A stretch of DNA of 64,000 nt from an uncultured Spartobacteria bacterium (GCA_903868795.1 CAIPWR010000126.1:5172-69171); one strand, 5' to 3'; shown: positions 1 to 10,209, counted from the first letter of the stretch. The notes: generated from the sequence alone by a model not told the origin. Translations and numbers: made by a program.

Positions 1-629
1 ACTCCGGCCGTGAGGAAAGCCTCACGGCGTTCCACGCACGTTCCACAGGTGCCGCAATGAACCTCGCTACCCTTGTAACACGACCAGGTTTTGGAAAAAT
101 CAACGCCCAGCTCTACCCCACGACGAACGATTCCGGCCTTGTCCACAGAAATAAAAGGTCGGAGCAGTTCGATTTGCGCGTACGTTCCCTCTCGGATAGC
201 ACGGGCCATCGGCTCCATGAAGGACTCACGGCAGTCGGGATAGATCGCATGGTCTCCGGAGTGAGCGGCTATCACGACAGCTTCCGCTCCTCTGCTTTCG
301 GCAAATCCTGCGGCGATGGAGAGCATGATCCCGTTGCGGAAAGGAACGACTGTGCTTTTCATCGATTGCTCCTCGTAGTGGCCGTCCGGAATAGCGCCGC
401 CGCTACTCAGCAGATCCGAACGGAATTCTCCCGCCACGAATGCAAGCGGCGCGATGCTGTGAGGAATGCCGAGCAGCGTGCAGTGATAAGACGCCATGGG
501 GAGCTCCTTTGCGTGATGTTTGGCCCCATAGTCAAAACTGAGCGCTGCCACGACCTTATGAGAGCGATTGGCATCGTGCAGGGCCGTGACGGAATCCAGG
601 CCGCCGCTCACCAAGACGACGACTTTCAC
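1..629 (-). CDS. queC: 7-cyano-7-deazaguanine synthase QueC (3' end runs off the window)
   Basis: Minus-strand translation from GTG at 629 gives KVVVLVSGGLDSVTALHDA (PP-loop SGGxDS), then VVPFRNGIMLSIAAGFAE, then HCGTCGTCVERREAFLTAG (QueC Cys-cluster C-terminus). It is absent from the ORF track because there is no stop inside the window. The GTG overlaps the queF stop (GTGA, 626-629). Confidence 0.85.
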   Translation of the reverse strand, partial: MKVVVLVSGGLDSVTALHDANRSHKVVAALSFDYGAKHHAKELPMASYHCTLLGIPHSIAPLAFVAGEFRSDLLSSGGAIPDGHYEEQSMKSTVVPFRNGIMLSIAAGFAESRGAEAVVIAAHSGDHAIYPDCRESFMEPMARAIREGTYAQIELLRPFISVDKAGIVRRGVELGVDFSKTWSCYKGSEVHCGTCGTCVERREAFLTAG

Positions 630-1075
630 CGGCTCCTTGTCTTAGCTTTAGAGCCTTCGTAAATCGCTTCAACACGGATACCGATGCCGCCGCGTGGCGA
701 GAAGTCGCCTATTACCAAGGCCCGACGCGGCGAGATCGCCCGGACGACGTCATCCAGGATCCGGTTGGTGATTCCTTCAGCGAAGACCGCCTGGTTGCGG
801 TAAGCCCCGAGGTACTGCTTGAGCGATTTACTCTCAATGCAACGACGATCCGGTGTGTATCGGATGACGATCTCCGCGAAGTCAGGCTGGCCAGTCACGG
901 GACAATGGGAGGTAAATTCGTTGGTGGAAAATGTCACCTCGTAATCGCGCTTGGAGGGACTTTCAAAGGTTTCCAAAACAGCCTCCTCCGGTGAGGAGAG
1001 TTGCGGGAGAGGACCACCGCCCAGCAGGGTGAGGTTCCGGGTGTCTGACTGAGATTTGGATCGTTGCTTGGCCAT
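626..1075 (-). CDS. queF: NADPH-dependent 7-cyano-7-deazaguanine reductase QueF (type I)
   Basis: ORF 626..1150. Conserved core TSHCPVTGQPDFAEIVIRYTPDRRCIESKSLKQYLGAYRN. Start trimmed to Met26 (1075); 1150 remains possible. Translationally coupled to queC. Confidence 0.85.
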   Translation of the reverse strand: MAKQRSKSQSDTRNLTLLGGGPLPQLSSPEEAVLETFESPSKRDYEVTFSTNEFTSHCPVTGQPDFAEIVIRYTPDRRCIESKSLKQYLGAYRNQAVFAEGITNRILDDVVRAISPRRALVIGDFSPRGGIGIRVEAIYEGSKAKTRSR

Positions 1076-1438
1076 GGAACGATGCTTTCTCAGCGGGCAT
1101 CGTCCGCCAAGCCAGAAGTCTTCGGCAAGAGGCTGAACCTTGATTTCCACCTATGGGGATGTTTTGTGAATAAGTTGTGGGAAGTGGCATCTTTCCTCCT
1201 TTCGACAAGCGTGGAACAGATGGAAGATTTCGATGCGCCATACCGCTTTCTACCTCGTTCATGAGCCCTGACGCCGTGGAACACTCTCTGATCACGACCT
1301 GATCAGCGTTTCCCTCGTGGCGATTCTGTAACATCCGATCAAATCAGGCTCTGCAACCCTTCTCCTCATAAAACCTGGAAAGGCGACTCTGTGAATAACC
1401 TGTGGTTTTATCACTCTAGCGTGAAAACCGAATGTCTA

Positions 1439-1714
1439 TCAGCCACATCTCGGGGGTAGTTTGGAATAGACCTCTTCAAGGGATAACTCATCGATGATCA
1501 GTAGCTTCTTGCGGGAGGTTGCCCCGTGATCAATACGAACAGCTCGCTTCGGCAGGCATAGGGTTTCGGCTAAAAATGCACAGAGCACCTCGTTGGCCTT
1601 TCCCTCCACAGGAGGAGCATGAACCTTCACTTTCAATGCTGGTCCCAGCCAACCAATGACTTCGCTCCGAGGAGCATTCGGGACAGCCTTGATCTCGAGG
1701 CGACAACCGGCCAT
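1439..1714 (-). CDS. DUF167 (YggU-like) family protein
   Basis: 91-aa ORF. EIKAVPNAPRSEVIGW...LKVKVHAPPVEGKANEVLCAFLAE is the typical DUF167 pattern. Confidence 0.65.
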   Translation of the reverse strand: MAGCRLEIKAVPNAPRSEVIGWLGPALKVKVHAPPVEGKANEVLCAFLAETLCLPKRAVRIDHGATSRKKLLIIDELSLEEVYSKLPPRCG

Positions 1715-1741
1715 GGCGGTGAGATTTTCCTTCGGGAAGCG

Positions 1742-3139
1742 CTAGGCTAAGGCTTTCAGTAATTTGGCATGGAGGCCATCGAAGGCTCCGTTGCTCAGAA
1801 CAACGAGGACATCACCCTCCTTCAACTGCGGAAAGAGCTTCTCGATGATTCTGTCTGCTGAAGGCTCATGGAAGGAAGGCTTGCCGGCCCGTTCCAGATC
1901 GGCGACGAGGCGCTCTGCATCAAGACGCTCCTCTGGTTTGAGATCGGCCGCGCGATTCACCTCACCAATAACGACACCGTGCGCGGCGGCAAAAGCCTTC
2001 GGAAACACCTCCTGAAAAATAGCGCGTCGCGTCGTATTGGAACGAGGCTCAAAGAGCGCCCAAAGTCGGGAGCCGGCGTACTGATGAGAGAGCCCCTCAA
2101 GGGTCTGGCGAATAGCCGTGGGATGATGACCGAAGTCGTCGATGATGGTGATGCCACCGACCACGCCCCGTACTTCCTGACGCCTCTTGATGCCACGAAA
2201 TTCCAAGAGGGCCTCTTGGATTAACTTGATAGGGACCCCGTAAAAGTGTGCAGCAGAGACAGCCATTGCTGCGTTGCGGATATTGAATTCCCCGGACATC
2301 GGAAGCTCGAATTTCTCCCCGAAGAGCTCGAAGCCGCTGCACCCATTCTTCTGCCACGGATGAAGGATCCGGTTCGCGGCATTTTCCGAGAACCCCACCT
2401 CGACGATCGGTGCCTGGCAGTTCCGTGCGACATCGATGCAGTTCGGATCATCTCCGTTGATCAAGACCATCCCCTCCGAGGGAACGACATTGAGGAGTCG
2501 ACGGAAGCTCAGTTTGATTGCCTCCAGGTTCTCGAAGATGTCGGCATGGTCGAACTCGATATTATTCACCACGACGAGCTCGGGCAGGTAATGGAGAAAT
2601 TTCGAGCGCTTATCGAAAAAGGCTGTGTCGTATTCATCGCCCTCGATGACGAAGTGCCGCGAGGTCGTAGGATCACGCAGACAGGCACCCTGCCCCAGAT
2701 TTGCGGGTAACCCTCCGATCAGATAGGAGGGATTCTTTCCGGCATGTTCCAGAATCCATGCCGTGATCGATGTCGTGGTGGTCTTCCCGTGGGTTCCTGT
2801 GACCACGATGTTGTGTCGTCCACGCAGAAAGTGAGCCCTGAGCACCTCGGGCAACGAGGCGTAGTTCAGCTTGCGGTTCAGGACCGCCTCGACCTCGGGA
2901 TTGCCGCGGGAGATGGCGTTGCCGACCACGATGAGCGCCTCTTCCTTGGGAAGGTTTTCGGGCCGGAATCCAGCGCACACATCGATTCCACGCGCTGCAA
3001 GGAAGTCGCTCATCGGTGGATAGGCCTGATGATCAGACCCCGTCACCTTCCATCCTTGTTCTTTCATGCCGACAGCCACCGCTCCCATAGCTGTCCCGCA
3101 GATGCCTATAAAGTGGACCCGGCGTACAGTGCCGCTCAT
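1742..3139 (-). CDS. mpl: UDP-N-acetylmuramate:L-alanyl-gamma-D-glutamyl-meso-DAP ligase (murein peptide ligase)
   Basis: 465 aa. N-terminus VHFIGICGTAMGAVAVGMKEQGWKVTGSDHQAYPPMSDFL resembles Mpl rather than MurC. GTHGKTTTTS P-loop. 4-nt ATGA overlap with the upstream pta-like gene. Confidence 0.8.
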   Translation of the reverse strand: MSGTVRRVHFIGICGTAMGAVAVGMKEQGWKVTGSDHQAYPPMSDFLAARGIDVCAGFRPENLPKEEALIVVGNAISRGNPEVEAVLNRKLNYASLPEVLRAHFLRGRHNIVVTGTHGKTTTTSITAWILEHAGKNPSYLIGGLPANLGQGACLRDPTTSRHFVIEGDEYDTAFFDKRSKFLHYLPELVVVNNIEFDHADIFENLEAIKLSFRRLLNVVPSEGMVLINGDDPNCIDVARNCQAPIVEVGFSENAANRILHPWQKNGCSGFELFGEKFELPMSGEFNIRNAAMAVSAAHFYGVPIKLIQEALLEFRGIKRRQEVRGVVGGITIIDDFGHHPTAIRQTLEGLSHQYAGSRLWALFEPRSNTTRRAIFQEVFPKAFAAAHGVVIGEVNRAADLKPEERLDAERLVADLERAGKPSFHEPSADRIIEKLFPQLKEGDVLVVLSNGAFDGLHAKLLKALA

Positions 3140-4197
3140 AACCCGGAGCCCTCCAGAGGGTAGAGCTTACGATACTCGATGGCCTGAAGGCCGATGATGG
3201 CTGCAACGGCGGCGATGTCCTCGCTCAGGGTGCCGCGGGAGAGCTCCGCAGCAGGCCGGGAGAGTCCGGTCACAATCTGCCCATAGACTCGGGCTCCGGA
3301 GAGGTATTGGACCAATTTGGCGGCGATATTGCCGGAATTCAGATCGGGGAAGATCAGGACATTGGCTTTTCCAGCAACAAGGCTATCCGGAAGCTTGATC
3401 TGCGCAACCGCTGGCACGATCGCTGTGTCACCCTGAAGCTCCCCGTCGATTTCCATCGGGTAATCCAATCCGGCAGAACCTCCGATGCGCACGGCTAGCT
3501 CCTTGGCCTGTGCGGCAGCCGCTGCCATTTTGATCGCGGAGGCATGGGCGGAACTTCCATGCGTGGAGAAGCTGAGGAAAGCGATACGCGGGGTCTTTCC
3601 AAAGACCTGCCGCGCCAGAAGCCCCGTCTGGACACCGATCGATGCGAGTTGATCAACCGTTGGCTCGGGCACGACGCCGCAGTCAGCAAAGAACAAAACT
3701 CCTTCGTCCCCGAACTCATGGCGCGGCACCTCCACAACCATCGCGCCCGAAACCACCGGGGCGTGGGGAAGTGGCTTGATAAGCTGCAATAAAGGGCGGA
3801 AGAGGGAGGATGAATAGGATCCCACTCCTCCGACCAGACCATCTACCAGCCCATGCTGCAACATCATGCAGGCAAAGTAATTCGGAGTGATGAGAAGGTT
3901 GCGCAGATCCCCTTCGGCCATGCCCTTGTACCGTTCCAGCATCGCGGCCATTTTGAGAAAGCGGGGCATTTCCGACGAGGTATCAGGATCGACGATGGCC
4001 ACCTTCTCCAGCGAGACGGCGTTTGCTGACGCGACCTGCTCGATCTCGTCACGTTTACCGATAAGGATCGCCACCCCGAGGCCCCGGTCATTGAACATCC
4101 GGGCCGCGCGGACCACGCGGGGATCATTGCCATCGGGAAAAACAATCCTCTTGGGATGACGGCGGAGTTTTGCGTAAACGGATTCGAGGAACGACAT
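3136..4197 (-). CDS. phosphate acetyl/butyryl-transferase family protein (Pta-like)
   Basis: 353 aa. KRIVFPDGNDPRVVRAARMF...GLVDGLVGG...ANVLIFPDLNSGNIAAKL are typical PTA_PTB family blocks. Confidence 0.75.
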   Translation of the reverse strand: MSFLESVYAKLRRHPKRIVFPDGNDPRVVRAARMFNDRGLGVAILIGKRDEIEQVASANAVSLEKVAIVDPDTSSEMPRFLKMAAMLERYKGMAEGDLRNLLITPNYFACMMLQHGLVDGLVGGVGSYSSSLFRPLLQLIKPLPHAPVVSGAMVVEVPRHEFGDEGVLFFADCGVVPEPTVDQLASIGVQTGLLARQVFGKTPRIAFLSFSTHGSSAHASAIKMAAAAAQAKELAVRIGGSAGLDYPMEIDGELQGDTAIVPAVAQIKLPDSLVAGKANVLIFPDLNSGNIAAKLVQYLSGARVYGQIVTGLSRPAAELSRGTLSEDIAAVAAIIGLQAIEYRKLYPLEGSGL

Positions 4198-4333
4198 CTT
4201 CCAGTAAGGTTGGAAAAGATCCGCCTGTTAGACAAGAATGTTCCCAAATCACTGCTGGGACAGGTGCAACTTCTCCCTCGCAGCTTCATTTTCTCCTAAC
4301 AGCCCAAAGCCTTAAGCGCTAAAGTCCAAACCA

Positions 4334-4717
4334 ATGATCACCAAACTCCTTCATACCCGTTATCGCGTTTCAGATTTGGAAAAAACCGTCTCCTTTTACC
4401 GCGATGTGATCGGTCTCCAGGAAGTCCGCCGTAGCGAAAGTGGTCGCGGCTCCAAGCTAGTTTTTCTGAAGGCTCCTGGATCTGAAGAAGAGATCGAGAT
4501 CTGCGAATACCATGCCAGCGGCCCCGTGCAAGTTGGTCCTGATCTGACCCATCTCGCCTTTGAAGTCACGGATTTGGTGGCCTTTGCGAAAGAGGCCGCT
4601 GCCAAGGGTTACCCTCTCAGTGACGGTCCTCATCACACCTCCTCGGGCTCGATTATTGCTTTTATCGATGCCCCAGAAGGATACGAGGTGGAGCTGATCC
4701 AACACGCCCTTCGCTAA
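4334..4717 (+). CDS. VOC/glyoxalase I family protein (lactoylglutathione lyase-like)
   Basis: 127 aa. LLHTRYRVSDLEKTVSFYRDVIGL...THLAFEV...GYEVELIQ is a glyoxalase-fold pattern. Confidence 0.7.
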   Translation: MITKLLHTRYRVSDLEKTVSFYRDVIGLQEVRRSESGRGSKLVFLKAPGSEEEIEICEYHASGPVQVGPDLTHLAFEVTDLVAFAKEAAAKGYPLSDGPHHTSSGSIIAFIDAPEGYEVELIQHALR

Positions 4718-4774
4718 GTGCAATCCTGATATTTTTACTTCAGCCTTCAACGATTAGCCTTCAGTATTTTTTTC

Positions 4775-5227
4775 ATGATCCCCGTGCCCGAACCAAAAAA
4801 GGTCGTTGAGACCTCCACGAAATTCCTCACCGAGTTCAAGGAATTCATCAGCCGCGGAAACGTCGTCGATCTGGCCATTGGCGTCATCATGGGTGCCGCC
4901 TTCGGCAAGATCGTCACCGCTCTGGTCAGCGACATCATCATGCCCCCGATCGGTCTGATTCTGAAAGGCATCAACTTTAAGGATCTCTACCTACCCCTCA
5001 ACGGCAAGCACTACGCCACGCTCGCCGACGCCCAGAAAGACGGTGCCGCCATTCTGGCGTATGGCAACTTCATCAACACGGTGATCGAGTTTGTGATTAT
5101 CAGTGCCTGCGTCTTCGCCCTTGTCAAAGCGATCAATACCCTCAAGAGGACCGAAGCGGCAGTCGCCAAGCCGACCAGAACCGAGGAACTGCTCACCGAG
5201 ATCCGCGATTCTCTGAAGAAGGAGTGA
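4775..5227 (+). CDS. mscL: large-conductance mechanosensitive channel
   Basis: 150 aa. EFKEFISRGNVVDLAIGVIMGAAFGKIVTALVSDIIMPPIG is the MscL signature. Confidence 0.9.
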   Translation: MIPVPEPKKVVETSTKFLTEFKEFISRGNVVDLAIGVIMGAAFGKIVTALVSDIIMPPIGLILKGINFKDLYLPLNGKHYATLADAQKDGAAILAYGNFINTVIEFVIISACVFALVKAINTLKRTEAAVAKPTRTEELLTEIRDSLKKE

Positions 5228-5234
5228 TGCTTCG

Positions 5235-5534
5235 ATGAAACGGCTTCTCTGTTTCCTAACAGCTGTCTTTGTTGCGGCGACATCCGTTCATGCCGGGTCT
5301 AAACCCAAGGCATCGAGTCCAGCCTCAAAACCGACACCCGACCCCACGAAGGATCCGATCGTTCAGCATATCCTGAGAGACCTTCAGCCGTCTCATCCTC
5401 ATCTGACTGCTAAAGAAATCGTTCAGACCAGCAATGCCGACCTCCGAAAGATGTACGTCGATATCTATACCAAGCAGGGAATGAAGCTGATGGAGGCCAA
5501 GGAAAAGGCTGCGTCCATACCGCTTAAAAACTGA
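5235..5534 (+). CDS. small secreted hypothetical protein
   Basis: 99-aa ORF with signal-peptide-like N-terminus MKRLLCFLTAVFVAATSVHA. AGGAG lies about 10 nt upstream. No recognisable domain. Confidence 0.45.
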   Translation: MKRLLCFLTAVFVAATSVHAGSKPKASSPASKPTPDPTKDPIVQHILRDLQPSHPHLTAKEIVQTSNADLRKMYVDIYTKQGMKLMEAKEKAASIPLKN

Positions 5535-5590
5535 TCCGCGCCGTATTCGGGGCACATACTTTGCCGTCGGTTTTAGCTTGGGGGATTTCA

Positions 5591-5959
5591 CTAGGAACCA
5601 TTTTTGAGGGCCTTGTTGAATTCGGGCACAATGGCTTCCTGGGAATGTCTTCCTGACATTTTCAGCACCACGCCACCAGTCCGATTATCAACGATGGATA
5701 TTTTAAATTTATAAATCGGGCAGCTGTCATACACGCAATACCCATCCCAAGACCAACTTGTCGTGAGCGTGTAGTGGCTCTGGTCACCCCCGAACTTCCA
5801 GCCATGACGATAGAGCGCCTTCTTTAAACGTGCATCGAGACCAAAGCTATTGGTAGGAACGATGATGGTTTTCTCAACAAGATCAATCGCACTGTATTTA
5901 CAAGTGTCGATGTGCGCACACCCAGTTAGCGACAGGAGACTGATAGCCGAAATCGCCAT
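5591..5959 (-). CDS. putative lipoprotein, unknown function
   Basis: ORF 5591..6079, but its first 15-46 codons overlap the tRNA-Gly gene. Lipobox LLSLTGC follows Met41 (5959). Met19 (6025) is the alternative start. Confidence 0.5.
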   Translation of the reverse strand: MAISAISLLSLTGCAHIDTCKYSAIDLVEKTIIVPTNSFGLDARLKKALYRHGWKFGGDQSHYTLTTSWSWDGYCVYDSCPIYKFKISIVDNRTGGVVLKMSGRHSQEAIVPEFNKALKNGS

Positions 5960-6032
5960 CAGGATAAAAATTCTTTTAAACCACAGTCTGTTGTCCACTT
6001 GGGCGATCCGGAAAAAAGATGGCATGTAAAAC

Positions 6033-6103
6033 AGCGGGTGAAGGGAATCGAACCCTCGTCTCAGGCTTGGGAAGCCCACATTCTACCATTGAACCACACC
6101 CGC
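6033..6103 (-). tRNA. tRNA-Gly (anticodon CCC)
   Basis: Reverse complement GCGGGTG-TG-GTTCAATGGTAGAAT-G-TGGGC-TTCCCAA-GCCTG-AGACG-AGGGTTCGATTCCCTT-CACCCGC-T folds as a cloverleaf. 7-bp acceptor stem, T-loop GGTTCGATTCC, anticodon loop TT-CCC-AA. Confidence 0.9.
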
Positions 6104-6111
6104 AGTGGGTT

Positions 6112-6645
6112 TTAATTCCAAGAGTTGATGATGTTGGTTTGGGAGCCGTTCGTCCAGACAGTCCAGACTGCGATGTGCTTGGTCAGGTTAGTTGTCGATC
6201 CAGCAACTCCAAAGCTCAGGCCGTTGGTATAATTTGTATCGAGCATGACACTATAGGTGTTGCTCCAAGGATCTAGGAAACCTCCTGAATTCGTTCCCCC
6301 TTTGCCGTTCTTCCAGAGGCTTGATTCCAGGAAGATCAAGCCTCTGGGGTTGTTGCTGGCATCATTGGTGGTGCAAAGAATGGCCGTAGCATTTGTATCC
6401 ATATTGGTTGTCGGGAAATTAGGCAGGCGGCCATACTCTGTCTCGTAAGCCGTGATCGCCGTGGCGATCTGAACCGCCTGGTTCTTGGCCGTGGTTTTCT
6501 TGGCTGAATTAATGGCAGATTGTGCAGCGGGGAAAAGCAGTCCCATCAGTACGGCAATGATCGCTATCACCACGAGCAGTTCGATCAGTGTGAATGCTGA
6601 AGCCGTTGCGCTGGATCTTGAGGGGGAAGTGGGAAGGAATTTCAT
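6112..6645 (-). CDS. prepilin-type N-terminal cleavage/methylation domain protein (type II secretion/pseudopilin-like)
   Basis: ORF 6112..6828 trimmed to Met62. AFTLIELLVVIAIIAVLMGLLFPA is the classic prepilin methylation motif. Confidence 0.75.
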   Translation of the reverse strand: MKFLPTSPSRSSATASAFTLIELLVVIAIIAVLMGLLFPAAQSAINSAKKTTAKNQAVQIATAITAYETEYGRLPNFPTTNMDTNATAILCTTNDASNNPRGLIFLESSLWKNGKGGTNSGGFLDPWSNTYSVMLDTNYTNGLSFGVAGSTTNLTKHIAVWTVWTNGSQTNIINSWN

Positions 6646-6724
6646 CACGCTACTTTCTGCCGACTCGATTCCCGTACAAGCATTTTCTTGTTTGCTCGGT
6701 GAAGAAAGCATCCGATGGTAACCC

Positions 6725-9154
6725 GTGCCCAAGAACAGCCCTCGCGGCCCCAAGAAAACGAAGCATTCCCAAACCTCCGGCAAGCCCTCACACGGGAAGC
6801 CACGAGGTGAACGAACTGCTGCGCCCAAACAGAAAACGGCTCGCGGCGCTAAGGAATCACCTAGGCTTAGCTCCGGTCAAAAACCGCAGAAGCCCCGCGG
6901 AGCCAAATCTTCCCAAGCACCCCGAAAATCTCCCGCACCTCGCAGGCAGGAACCCTTGAATCAACGTCTAGTCGCTGATTTAATCCCGCTGCTGGAAGGC
7001 GAGCCACTCCAGGCTGCCGGGATAGCAAGCGCACTGCGACTAGATCGGAGTAATCTTCCTCTCTTGGATCAGACACTGGCTACTCTGGAACGGACTGGTC
7101 GCATTGTTCGGGTTCGCAAGGATCACTACATTTTGCCAGAGACTGCGGATCTCTTCACAGGTAAACTGCAGATCCATGCCGGCGGATCCGGCCACGTGCT
7201 TGCGGATCAGGAGGGGGGAAAGGATCTCTTTATCTCCGCTGATAATCTTGGCACCGCACTCCATGGCGATCGCGTCGTTGCGCGCCTTATCCATCAACCC
7301 CGCTTCCACGGGCGCCCACGACGCGACGGCCGACAGGAAGGGCGTATCATCCGGGTCGTCGAGAGAGTCGGCACACCCATTGTCGGCACCCTTCAGAAGA
7401 CGACGAATTTCTATCACGTTGTCGCAGACGACCCGCGCTTCCCCCGGACGCTCTATGTTCCTTCTCCTGAAGGCGCAACAATCGGTGAGAAAGTCGTCGC
7501 ACAACTCGACCGCTGGGAGAACAGCCAGGTCAATCCTGAGGGCCACATCGTGGAGGTGCTCGGAGCAGCAGATGCCCCCGGGGTCGACATGCTCTCCGTC
7601 ATCCACAAGCATGGCCTGCCTCGCGAATTTCCGGCTCCGGTCAGCATCGAGGCTGAAAAGTTTGGGAGCGCCATCACGGCACGCGACCTCGTCGGTCGTG
7701 AAGATCTTCGCGACCATAGCATCATCACCATTGATCCCGACACGGCACGCGACTTCGACGACGCCGTCGAGGTACAACCGACCGACTACGGCTGGGAAGT
7801 GGCCGTTCACATCGCCGACGTCTCCCATTACGTGAAACCAGGCACGGCCCTGGACAACGAGGCTCGCTCGCGGGGCAACAGCGTCTACCTTGCCGACCGC
7901 GTCATCCCGATGCTCCCCGAAAATCTCTCCAACGGCCTCTGCAGCCTTCGCCCCAATGAGGACCGCTTGGCCTTCAGCGTGTTTGCCCAGATCAACCGGG
8001 ATGGGAGCGTGCGCAAAGTCCGCTTCGGGCGCTCTGTCATCCGCAGCTCGGCTCGCCTCACTTACCGTGAGGCACTTGCGATGCTCGAATCCCCCCCGAC
8101 CGACGAAGTAAGCCGCCGCGTCCATGCGGCATGGGACTGCTCCTCAACCCTTCGAAAGCGGCGCTTCGCCGCCGGGGCCCTCGATCTCGAGATGCCGGAG
8201 GTGAAGGTCTGGCTGGATAAGGAGGGGCATCCCGTGAAGCTCGAGCTCGTCGAGAACGACATCTCCCACCAGCTCATCGAGGAGCTCATGCTGCTCGCCA
8301 ACGAACAAGTCGCGCGCCATCTCAAGCGTAAGAACCAGCCGAACATCTACCGCATCCACGAGAAACCCCAGCCAGAAAAGCTCGACGAGTATCGGGAGCT
8401 AGCCGCCACCTACGGGGTCAAGGCCGGCGATCTGAGCAACCGGGCAGAGCTGCAGAAACTACTCGATGGCCTTAAGGGCAAGCCCTACGCAAGCGCCCTC
8501 AAGATAGGCCTGCTGAAGAGCCTGAAGCGGGCTCGTTACTCTCCCGACCCGCTCGGTCATTTCGGCCTCTCCAAGTCTGACTACAGCCACTTTACGAGCC
8601 CCATCCGCCGCTATGCGGATCTCCTGACGCACCGTTCGCTCGCGCGCGATCTCGATCCGAAGCAGCACGGACCACTCTCTACGGACCTCGGCCCCGTCAG
8701 TGAGCACCTCTCCACGACAGAGCGCACCGCCGCTGATGCCGAGAAGGAATCGGTCCGGCTCAAGAAGCTGGAGTACTTTGGCAAGCTTGCAGAGGGGGCC
8801 ACCGAGGGAGGCGTTGCGCCCACTTTTGCAGCCAAGGTGATCGAGGCCCGCAACTACGGCCTGCTCGTCGAGCTGCCCGAGGCCATGATGACTGGTCTCG
8901 TGCCGGTATCTTCCATGGATGACGACTTCTACATTTTTGACGGTCCTCGCTCTCGACTTGTCGGGAAGAATTCACGGAAAATTCTCAAGGCTGGTGACGA
9001 ACTCCGCGTCCAGGTCGCCCGTGTCGACCCGTTTAAACAGCAAATTGACTTCAAGATCGCCAAGGAACCCCGTGCGGGGAAATCCACGAAGCCTCAGAGT
9101 GCCCGCGGGGCGCATGGCGGAAAGGCCGACTTCATGGAGGGGCTCACCTGGTAA
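6725..9154 (+). CDS. rnr: ribonuclease R with long basic N-terminal extension
   Basis: 809 aa. RNB catalytic region ITIDPDTARDFDDAV...VYLADRVIPMLPE...FTSPIRRYADLLTHR. S1-like C-terminus. GTG start. First about 85 aa are K/R/P-rich low complexity. Confidence 0.9.
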   Translation: MPKNSPRGPKKTKHSQTSGKPSHGKPRGERTAAPKQKTARGAKESPRLSSGQKPQKPRGAKSSQAPRKSPAPRRQEPLNQRLVADLIPLLEGEPLQAAGIASALRLDRSNLPLLDQTLATLERTGRIVRVRKDHYILPETADLFTGKLQIHAGGSGHVLADQEGGKDLFISADNLGTALHGDRVVARLIHQPRFHGRPRRDGRQEGRIIRVVERVGTPIVGTLQKTTNFYHVVADDPRFPRTLYVPSPEGATIGEKVVAQLDRWENSQVNPEGHIVEVLGAADAPGVDMLSVIHKHGLPREFPAPVSIEAEKFGSAITARDLVGREDLRDHSIITIDPDTARDFDDAVEVQPTDYGWEVAVHIADVSHYVKPGTALDNEARSRGNSVYLADRVIPMLPENLSNGLCSLRPNEDRLAFSVFAQINRDGSVRKVRFGRSVIRSSARLTYREALAMLESPPTDEVSRRVHAAWDCSSTLRKRRFAAGALDLEMPEVKVWLDKEGHPVKLELVENDISHQLIEELMLLANEQVARHLKRKNQPNIYRIHEKPQPEKLDEYRELAATYGVKAGDLSNRAELQKLLDGLKGKPYASALKIGLLKSLKRARYSPDPLGHFGLSKSDYSHFTSPIRRYADLLTHRSLARDLDPKQHGPLSTDLGPVSEHLSTTERTAADAEKESVRLKKLEYFGKLAEGATEGGVAPTFAAKVIEARNYGLLVELPEAMMTGLVPVSSMDDDFYIFDGPRSRLVGKNSRKILKAGDELRVQVARVDPFKQQIDFKIAKEPRAGKSTKPQSARGAHGGKADFMEGLTW

Positions 9155-9234
9155 GGTCAGCACGACCCAAGCAAGGCTTTCCAAGCGCAAAACACTTCTA
9201 CTCCAGAGCTACCTTGTCATAGTCTTTAGGGATC

Positions 9235-10209
9235 GTGAGCAGTATATCCCACCCCATCTCCATTGACCATCTGGAGGAAATCTACCATTCCCCGTTCTTC
9301 GACCTCATCCAGCGTTCCCGCTCGGTCCATCTCCAGAACTGGGATGAGGATAATGTCCAGCTCTGCACCCTGCTGAGCGTGAAGACCGGCGGCTGCAGTG
9401 AGGACTGCTCATACTGTGCCCAGAGCTCCCGCTACAAGACCGGCATCGAGGCCGGTAAGCTCATGGGATGTGATGAGATCCTGCCGCTTGCCAAGCAAGC
9501 CCGGGAAAGCGGCACGACCCGTTTCTGCATGGGTGCTGCTTGGAAGGGGGTCAAGTCGGGTGACAGCCGCTTCAACTCTATGCTCGAGACTGTGCGTGAG
9601 GTCAGCAAGCTCGGCATGGAGGTCTGTGTAACGCTAGGACAACTTGGTGACGAAGAGGCCCGCCAGCTGAAGGAAGCGGGCGTGACCGCCTACAATCACA
9701 ACATCGATACCTCACCCGAGTTCTACCCGCAGATTGTCTCCAGCCATACCTTCAACGACCGCCTCAACACCATCTCCTCCGTCCAGAAGGCCGGCATGGC
9801 TGTCTGCTGCGGCGGCATCATCGGCATGGGCGAGACGGAGCGCGATCGCCTGCGGATGCTCGAGGTGCTCTGCGGGTTCAATCCTCCTCCGGAGAGTGTT
9901 CCCATCAACTGCCTTATGGCCATGCCCGGCACCCCGCTGGAGGAACAGCCGGTTGTCGACATTTTCGAACTTGTACGCCTAATCGCCACAACCCGAATCA
10001 TGCTGCCGAAGGCCCGCATTCGACTCTCCGCTGGGCGCACCCGTCTCACCCGCGAAGGGCAGGCACTCTGCTTCTTCGCAGGTGCAAACTCCGTGTTCTA
10101 CGGCGACAAACTCTTGACGGCGGCCAATCCCGGCACCAATGACGATCTCGACCTGCTCCGCGCCATCGACCTTGCTCCCATGGAGCAGGGCATGCCCGCA
10201 GCGGTTTAA
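9235..10209 (+). CDS. bioB: biotin synthase
   Basis: 324 aa. Radical-SAM motif CSEDCSYCAQS and the YNHNIDTS block. Confidence 0.9.
   Translation: MSSISHPISIDHLEEIYHSPFFDLIQRSRSVHLQNWDEDNVQLCTLLSVKTGGCSEDCSYCAQSSRYKTGIEAGKLMGCDEILPLAKQARESGTTRFCMGAAWKGVKSGDSRFNSMLETVREVSKLGMEVCVTLGQLGDEEARQLKEAGVTAYNHNIDTSPEFYPQIVSSHTFNDRLNTISSVQKAGMAVCCGGIIGMGETERDRLRMLEVLCGFNPPPESVPINCLMAMPGTPLEEQPVVDIFELVRLIATTRIMLPKARIRLSAGRTRLTREGQALCFFAGANSVFYGDKLLTAANPGTNDDLDLLRAIDLAPMEQGMPAAV

Noticed and set aside
590-610. Apparent frameshift in queC between the SGG and LDS codons
   Set aside because: This was an artefact of my own off-by-one transcription. Cross-checking against the antisense track ORF (57..662) shows that the sequence reads ...AGC GGC GGC CTG GAT TCC... 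in frame, so queC is intact.
1076-1438. Possible preQ1 riboswitch upstream of queF
   Set aside because: I looked on the minus strand for the preQ1-I style stem and A-rich tail and found nothing convincing. There is only a CTGATCA...TGATCAG hairpin at about 1295-1315. This cannot be supported without a covariance-model search.
7040-8125. 361-aa minus-strand ORF (similar cases at 20745..21749, 46805..47554, 35000..35608 and 57..662)
   Set aside because: All are antisense shadows of rnr, topB, lpd, fic and queC respectively. The sense genes carry diagnostic motifs.
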